This document shows, one piece after another, positions 58,293-64,000 of a stretch of DNA of 64,000 nt; position 1 is the first letter of the stretch, and every line of letters begins with the position of its first letter. Source of the stretch: Dehalococcoidia bacterium (GTDB taxonomy: Bacteria > Chloroflexota > Dehalococcoidia > Bin125); contig OY820591.1 of assembly GCA_963555985.3 (NCBI GenBank), forward strand, positions 416,001-480,000, written 5' to 3'. The notes below the pieces were generated by a model that saw only the letters and a list, made by a program, of their open reading frames with translations, was not told the origin of the DNA and made no database searches. Position numbers and translations under genes: made by a program.

Positions 58293-59354
58293 CTAGCTCT
58301 GGGATACGGCTGAGGCCGACAAGGGGTCGTGGGCAACGGCGAAGTCGCTGGCGGGACTGCGCAGCAAGGTGAACTGCGTGCCCGGCTCGACCGCGAAGTC
58401 GATCAGGTCCACGACCGAGGCGCCGCCCAGGAGGCTGTAGCTTCCGTAGTGCCGGACCAGCGCGTACTCATGCACGTCATGCACCACCAGGGCGTCGTAG
58501 CCCGGATGCGCGGCGAGCAGCTGCGAAGCCATGATCGACACCGACGCCATCCAGACCGACTCCCGCTCCCCGAACCTCGGCGCGGTCGCCGCTACCCCGG
58601 TCGCCATGCCGTACTGCGTGAACTCGTTCCAGTACCAGGCTTGGGACGACTGGTTGTAGCGTAGTTTCGGCTGAAACCTCATACCTTCCGCAAGCTTGTA
58701 ACGACGGAAGGCGTTGACGCTTTCAAAGTTGATGATGTGCGGAAACTCATCGGTGTACTTCTGAACCGGTTTGGGGTCGGTTGGGTGCAGGTTGACGATA
58801 TCGGCGGCGAGCGCGCCGTCCTCATCCGTCGGCAGCAGGATGTAGTTCAAGCTTGGGTAGAGCTCGTTCTGGTCGAGCTCGGGTTCCAGCGCGACAAACC
58901 CGCTGAAGGTGAGCGTGTTGGTGCCGGAGCCGCTGTGGTAGGGCATCTTCGCGGCCGGCGGAGTCTCTTCGCCGTCCTCGAAAAGTTGCTCGCCCTGGCG
59001 GTACATGGGGATGAAGGGCAGCGCGCCCTCGGAGCTGATCTTCACCGGCTGGTCGAACTGCACCGAGATGTCGTACTGGAATTCACTGGGGTTGGTGGCG
59101 TCGGAGTTGATCGGAGTGCCCCAGCCCAGCTCCTGGTAGACCGCGACCGGAACGGGGGCGGTGGAGGAGTCGGAGGCCAGCGCGGTCGTCGCGCCGAGTG
59201 CCGTGAGCGCTGTGACAATCAGTGTGATCAGGGCTGTCACACGGGTAGTCTGTCGCGCGATCGGTGTGATATTCGGCCTGATTGCTGTGATCATGCGTGT
59301 GACACGCTTTCGCTGTGTCTGCTCTAGCTCGTGGGAGCTGCGGACACCAAGCAT
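58293..59354 (-). CDS. Secreted protein sharing the middle and C-terminal domains of the Fn3 proteins
   Basis: GGAGG RBS, signal-like segment ..ALA; V.FDQPV..PFIPM..Y.SGSGT.TLTF.G and WMASV.I.AS..LAA.P.Y..YG..DF.V.PG motifs. Confidence 0.75.
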   Translation of the reverse strand: MLGVRSSHELEQTQRKRVTRMITAIRPNITPIARQTTRVTALITLIVTALTALGATTALASDSSTAPVPVAVYQELGWGTPINSDATNPSEFQYDISVQFDQPVKISSEGALPFIPMYRQGEQLFEDGEETPPAAKMPYHSGSGTNTLTFSGFVALEPELDQNELYPSLNYILLPTDEDGALAADIVNLHPTDPKPVQKYTDEFPHIINFESVNAFRRYKLAEGMRFQPKLRYNQSSQAWYWNEFTQYGMATGVAATAPRFGERESVWMASVSIMASQLLAAHPGYDALVVHDVHEYALVRHYGSYSLLGGASVVDLIDFAVEPGTQFTLLRSPASDFAVAHDPLSASAVSQS

Positions 59355-59499
59355 GTCAACCTCCAGGCGCTAGTTATCGTGCGTGTGGCTGCGCGTAACA
59401 GTCCATGCGCGGGGCAGACTATGAGTGAGGCTCCGCCTTGTCTGCTAACTGGTTTACAGAGCGATTCTGAGTCAAGATGCATCGCTATCAATGACAATT

Positions 59500-59940
59500 G
59501 ATCGCGTCCGCGCCCTGGGGCGGCGGCGCGGGGGACTCTTGCGCCGCCTCAGCCGCCCAGAGGCCGGACGCGCCCTGAGCGAGCGCCGGGAGTCCGGCGG
59601 GGTGCGTGAGCCAGACCCCTCCCCGCTCCCCAGCGTACGCCTAGGCGAGCTTCTAGGGGGTTTCTGCCCTCTGTTCGGGCAGAGGCGGACTCCGCGCCGC
59701 GCCGGACGCCGCAGATCAGGTGCGGCGGACGGGGGGCGAGTTCGCGCCGAGGCGCGGATGTCCCGGCTCGATTGGGCGCTTGTCGGCGAGCCAAGTGTGT
59801 CTTGCTTTACAGAAGAAACCTCGAAATTTCGTCGTCGGCGCTCGTGTTCGCGCTCTCCGGCCGCTCCGGGCGGATCGCGCCCGGCGGCCCCACAGCGGCG
59901 ATCGGCGCTCTCTGAGGCCATGATCGCCGCCCGACGCAGT
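59500..59940. other. Highly structured intergenic region, candidate ncRNA or regulatory leader
   Basis: At least seven hairpins, e.g. 59503-10/59565-72, 59661-69/59677-85, 59707-13/59721-27, 59866-72/59878-84, 59895-903/59922-30. Confidence 0.4.
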
Positions 59941-60045
59941 GTGATAGGAATCGCATGTTCAGTGGTGACGGCGTGTGATCGAGGGGTTGCGCTCTGTCAC
60001 GAGGTGATGTTTCTCGGTTGAGGCGTGTCGCAGCAGAGCTCTCCG

Positions 60046-61278
60046 TCAGCGGCGATTTGCGGTGAAGCCCGGACCTCTGCCCTTCTCCCAGACCTTCTTG
60101 CGGGCGACATCTTCGTCGAAGTCGATGCCCCAGCCCGGCTTGGTCGGCAGCTCGAGCTGGCCGTCGACGATCTTGAGCGGGCCGCCGCCGAGGTCGTCCT
60201 TCCAGGGCACGTCGTCAATGTCGATCTCCATGATCCGCACATTCGGAACAGTTGCGCAGAGGTGCAGCGCGTGCATCGTGGCCAGGTGCGAGTAGTAGTT
60301 GTGCGGCGCGCAGTTCAACTCATAGCTCTCGGCCAGCAAGGCCACATCACGCGATCGCGCAAAGCCCTGCCAGGGCACGTCGATCATCACGTTGTCCATC
60401 GAGCGCTGCTCGAAGTAGGGACGGTAGTCGCGGATCGTGTAGAGGTTCTCGCCCGAGGTGATCGGCACCGTGGTCTGTCGGCGCACATCCGCCAGCGCTT
60501 CGGGTTCGTACATATCGATCTCGACCCACATCATCTCCAAGTGTTCGAGCGACTGGCAGATCTGGCGCGCCACCAAGGGGGTGCAGTTGAAGTTGAGGTC
60601 GAGCGCGATCTGTACGTCCGGGCCCGCGCCCTCCTTAAGCGCGCCGATGTACTCGGGGATATGGCGCAAGAGCGACGGCGTCGCGTTGCGGTCGATATTG
60701 CCCACGCCGCCCCAGCCCGGTCCGTAGACGCCGGTCGGATCGCCGGGAAAGACGATGTTCGTCTTCAGCGCGTGGAATCCCTTGCCCCTGACCTCTTCGC
60801 CGAGCGCGGTCACGTCGTCCATCGTCCTCAGCGGCGGCGCGCCCACGACCCACTCCGAGCCGTTGTCCCAGAGAATCTGGTCGTAGCTTCGAGCTCGCGA
60901 AGAGCCGCAGTGCGACCAGTAGATCAGCTGCCGCTCGCGCGTCGGACCGCCGAAGAGCGAATAGACCGGCACACCCAGCGCTTTGCCCTTGATATCCCAC
61001 AGCGCCAGCTCGACGCCCGCAATCGCCTTCGCCGCGATCCCGCCCGGCGACTGCCGCGCCAGCCGGTACATGTCCCAGTAGCGAGCCTCCACCGCGAGCG
61101 GGTCGCGGCCGATCAGGATCGGCTCCATATCGGTGATCGCGCCCACGATCCCGTAGGGGTTGCGTCCGTCCGACATCTCGCCGTAGCCGGTGATGCCTTC
61201 GGAGGTGCGCACCGCCACGAACTGCCACGGTCGCCAGCCGGCATCGACGACGAAGGTCTCAATCTCGGTGATCTTCAT
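60046..61278 (-). CDS. Mandelate racemase/MLE family enzyme (acid-sugar dehydratase-like)
   Basis: ELALWDIKGK, LKTN, LDLN, WVE, SGEN, APHN and PGWG motifs. Confidence 0.92.
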   Translation of the reverse strand: MKITEIETFVVDAGWRPWQFVAVRTSEGITGYGEMSDGRNPYGIVGAITDMEPILIGRDPLAVEARYWDMYRLARQSPGGIAAKAIAGVELALWDIKGKALGVPVYSLFGGPTRERQLIYWSHCGSSRARSYDQILWDNGSEWVVGAPPLRTMDDVTALGEEVRGKGFHALKTNIVFPGDPTGVYGPGWGGVGNIDRNATPSLLRHIPEYIGALKEGAGPDVQIALDLNFNCTPLVARQICQSLEHLEMMWVEIDMYEPEALADVRRQTTVPITSGENLYTIRDYRPYFEQRSMDNVMIDVPWQGFARSRDVALLAESYELNCAPHNYYSHLATMHALHLCATVPNVRIMEIDIDDVPWKDDLGGGPLKIVDGQLELPTKPGWGIDFDEDVARKKVWEKGRGPGFTANRR

Positions 61279-61344
61279 CAGTTACTCCACTGTGTCCTTG
61301 GGTCAGCCGCAGGCTATCGCGCCGAGATTGATTCACGTTTGCCG

Positions 61345-61487
61345 AAGACCTTTGCAAGAGTCGCATACCTGCTGATCTCGTCATTCCAGCGAAAGCTGGA
61401 ATCTCGCCCGACCGGACAGGCGGCAACTCCGAACGAGATTCCAGGTCAAGCCTGGAATGACGGAAATGGCCGCTTTACCAAGGTCTC
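61345..61487. mobile_element. MITE-like element: REP-A inverted pair inside imperfect IS5-like terminal inverted repeats
   Basis: Left end agacctttgcaa, right end ttaccaaggtctc; internal gtcATTCCAGcgaaagCTGGAATctcg ... cgagATTCCAGgtcaagcCTGGAATgacgg. Confidence 0.6.
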
Positions 61488-61530
61488 CTTGCCGAGGAAA
61501 TCAAGTCGCGGCAACCCGTTCATCCCGCAG

Positions 61531-62763
61531 CTAGTGCCGAAGCCCGCTAAACCCAGGACCCCGCCCCTTCTCCCAGACTTTCCCTCTCGCCAGCTCCTCG
61601 TTCAGATCAACGCCCCAGCCTGGCTTCGTCGGCAGCTCTAGGTGTCCGTCCACGATCTCGATCGCGCCGCCGGTCAGGTCGTCTTTCCAGGGCACGTCGT
61701 CGATGTCGATCTCCATGATTCGCACGTTCGGCACGGTCGCGCAGAGATGCAGCGATTGCATACTGCCGAGGTGTGAGTAGTAATTGTGCGGCGCGACGTT
61801 GAGCTCATAGCTCTCGGCCAGCAGCGCCACATCCCGCGAACGCGAGAACCCCTGCCAGCAGACGTCGATCATCACGTTGTCCATTGAGCGCTGCTCCAGG
61901 AACGGCATGTACTGGCGCACCGTGTAGAGGTTCTCGCCCGACGTGATCGGCACCGTCGTCGAACGCCGCACGTCGGCCAGCGCTTCCGCGTCGTACATGT
62001 CGATCTCGACCCACATCATCTCAAGATCTTCAAGCGTCTGACAGATCTGCCGAGCCGCCAGCGGCGTGCAGTTGAAATTGATGTCGAGCGCGATCTGCAC
62101 GTCCGGGCCCGCGCCCGCCTTGAGCGCGCCGATGTACTCGGGCACATGCCGCAGCACCGCCGGAGTGGTGTTGCTGTCGATGTTCTCCACCTCTTGCTGC
62201 AACCCAAAGGTGCGAGCAGGATCGCCCGGGAAGAGGACATTTGTCTTGAGCGCGTGGAAGCCCTTGCTGCGTACCTCTTCCCCCAGCGCGGTGACATCGT
62301 CCATTGTCCGGATCGGCGGCGCCCCGATCACCCAGTCGTCGCCGTTGTGCCACTTGATCTTGTCGTAGTTGCCGGCCCGCGAACTGCCGCAGTGCGACCA
62401 GTAGATCAACTGCCGCTCGCGGACAGGGCCGCCGAAGAGCGAGTAGACCGGCACGCCCAGCGCCTTGCCCTTGATGTCCCAGAGCGCCAGTTCGACCCCC
62501 GCGATCGCCTTCGCCACCACCCCGCCCGGCGACTGCCGCGCCATCCGATACATATCCCAATAGCGAGCCTCGACCGCGAGCGGGTCGCGGCCGATCAGGA
62601 TTGACTCCAGGTCGTTGATCGTTCCCACGATCCCGTACGGAGTGCGCCCGTCCGAGATCTCACCGTAGCCGGTGAGGCCGTCGGAGGTGCGTACCGCGAC
62701 GAACTGCCATGGCCGCCAGCCCGCGTCGACCACGAACGTCTCGATCTCTCGAATCTTCGTCAT
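61531..62763 (-). CDS. Mandelate racemase/MLE family enzyme, tandem paralogue
   Basis: Same motifs, same length (410 aa), highly similar to 60046-61278. Confidence 0.92.
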   Translation of the reverse strand: MTKIREIETFVVDAGWRPWQFVAVRTSDGLTGYGEISDGRTPYGIVGTINDLESILIGRDPLAVEARYWDMYRMARQSPGGVVAKAIAGVELALWDIKGKALGVPVYSLFGGPVRERQLIYWSHCGSSRAGNYDKIKWHNGDDWVIGAPPIRTMDDVTALGEEVRSKGFHALKTNVLFPGDPARTFGLQQEVENIDSNTTPAVLRHVPEYIGALKAGAGPDVQIALDINFNCTPLAARQICQTLEDLEMMWVEIDMYDAEALADVRRSTTVPITSGENLYTVRQYMPFLEQRSMDNVMIDVCWQGFSRSRDVALLAESYELNVAPHNYYSHLGSMQSLHLCATVPNVRIMEIDIDDVPWKDDLTGGAIEIVDGHLELPTKPGWGVDLNEELARGKVWEKGRGPGFSGLRH

Positions 62764-63117
62764 TCACCTGTCTCCATTTCGGCGCCGGCCTGGAAGCGGC
62801 GGTTCCACCACCGCCCGCACCCCTGCGGAGGCGGCGCGCAAGCCGCTGATCGTCACCCGCGAGTCTAGGCTCGTGGCGGCTGCGGCCGCCGCGCTCACGC
62901 TAGGGCCTGTTCACACAACCACGAGCGCGGTCGGCCCGCACGCGCGCTGGTCTTGAGGCTGAGCCTCGGCGCTCCCTTCCCCGCCCTCCGCAACCGAGTC
63001 GAAACCGGGTATGCTCAGAACATATACACGCACGAATCCAATCGGAGACCGCTGTGTCCCACAAACGACTCGCTCCAAACCTGAACAGTGCTGGACATGC
63101 CCGGATTCTCCTGGAAA

Positions 63118-63188
63118 AAATCTGCCCGAATCGAGATCAATCCGGACAGATCTGGACAAATCTAGACAAATCTGGACAAATCCAGACC
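63118..63188. repeat. Degenerate 10-bp tandem repeat (AATCTGGACA)n
   Basis: aatccggaca gatctggaca aatctagaca aatctggaca aatccagacc, preceded by two decayed units. Confidence 0.8.
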
Positions 63189-63324
63189 CGCGAACGCACG
63201 ATCCTCAGCGCTCACCAGGAGCTCCGCTCAATCCCTCCGAAATTCTCCCGCCAAACAGCGCCGATACACTTCGCGCAGTCTGAACACGCCCTAGCATTCG
63301 CCGCCCGACCACGAGGAGATGCCC

Positions 63325-64000
63325 ATGCCTGATGCACTCTGGAAATGCACCGCCGTCGAGTTGGCCGCGCTGATTCGCGACCGTGAGGTCTCCAGCCGTG
63401 AGGTGATCGAGGCCCACCTCGACCGCATCGCCGAGGTCAACGGCCAAGTGAACGCGGTCACACTCGTGCTCGCAGAAACCGCGCTGGCCGGGGCCGACGC
63501 CGCCGACCGCAGCGAGAGCTCGGGTCCATTGCACGGCGTCCCGTTCACGATCAAGGAGAACATCGACTGCGTCGGCTCGCCCACCACCTCGGGGATTCCG
63601 GCCCTCGCCGACGCCCTGCCGCCGAGCGATGCGCCCGTCGTCGAACGGATGAAGCGCGCCGGCGCAATCCCGCTCGCACGCACCAACCTGCCCGAGATGG
63701 GTGGTCGCCTCGATACCGATAACCCACTCCGCGGCCGCACATTCAATCCCTGGAACCCCGCGCTGACTCCCGGCGGCTCGAGTGGCGGCGAGGCCGCAGC
63801 GCTGGCCACCGGCATGTCGCCGATCGGGCTCGGCAACGACATTCTCGGCTCGCTGCGCAACCCCGCCTACTGCTGCGGCATCACCTCGCTCAAGCCCTCG
63901 GCGGGACGCATCCCCTGCGTGCTCTCGATGGGCGTCGACGCCGGGATGGCCGTGCAGGCGATGCTGGTCGAAGGCCCGATGGCGCGATCCGTCGCCGACC
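63325..64000 (+). CDS. Amidase-signature family enzyme (3' truncated; absent from ORF track)
   Basis: GAGGAG RBS; GPLHGVPFTIKEN, TPGGSSGGEAAA and GNDILGSLRNPA motifs. Confidence 0.92.
   Translation, partial: MPDALWKCTAVELAALIRDREVSSREVIEAHLDRIAEVNGQVNAVTLVLAETALAGADAADRSESSGPLHGVPFTIKENIDCVGSPTTSGIPALADALPPSDAPVVERMKRAGAIPLARTNLPEMGGRLDTDNPLRGRTFNPWNPALTPGGSSGGEAAALATGMSPIGLGNDILGSLRNPAYCCGITSLKPSAGRIPCVLSMGVDAGMAVQAMLVEGPMARSVAD

Noticed and set aside
59491-60021. 176-aa and 149-aa ORFs in the structured gap; also RNase P, tmRNA or SRP identity
   Set aside because: The ORFs are Arg/Pro/Ser-rich, low-information translations with no motifs; I found no hallmark sequences of those RNAs.
62900-62916. 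ctagggcctgttcacac as an IS5-type terminus
   Set aside because: No matching second end or transposase was found; too short to support.
63011-63332. 90-92-aa ORFs spanning the 10-bp repeats
   Set aside because: No convincing RBS or family motif, and a 10-bp period does not preserve frame.

Overview
GC-rich bacterial chromosomal segment. The gene content (Tat-lipoprotein family-5 solute-binding proteins with an NYWQR..SRR..LALVGC leader, expanded SDR and mandelate-racemase paralogues, LRR and fibronectin-III surface proteins, haloalkane dehalogenase) suggests a Dehalococcoidia/SAR202-like Chloroflexota, possibly sponge-associated; this is inference only. Core genes: end of a cytochrome b/Rieske/cytochrome c cluster, yqeY, a 7TM-HD phosphodiesterase, purQ-purL, CoA transferases, an orphan nuoI-like gene, and an Mre11/Rad50-like (YhaO/YhaN) pair. 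Much of the rest is catabolic and sits in tandem paralogue arrays (5 SDRs, 2 further SDR pairs, 2 DinB, 2 ABC triads, 2-3 Fn3 proteins, 2 enolase-superfamily genes), often with REP/MITE-like palindromes at the junctions. Most notable observations: (1) a ~650-bp REP-capped cassette encoding a 118-122 aa unknown protein, present twice in inverted orientation; (2) a modular Fn3 surface-protein locus sharing an unnamed C-terminal domain, next to a ~450-nt highly structured intergenic region; (3) two unannotated microproteins; (4) a REP-containing MITE-like element whose end truncates a relic hicBA; (5) local strand-specific G/T versus C/A bias near accessory insertion sites that ignores gene orientation. 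I recognised no rRNA, tRNA, CRISPR array or transposase. Several start codons were refined by eye from RBS position and family N-termini.
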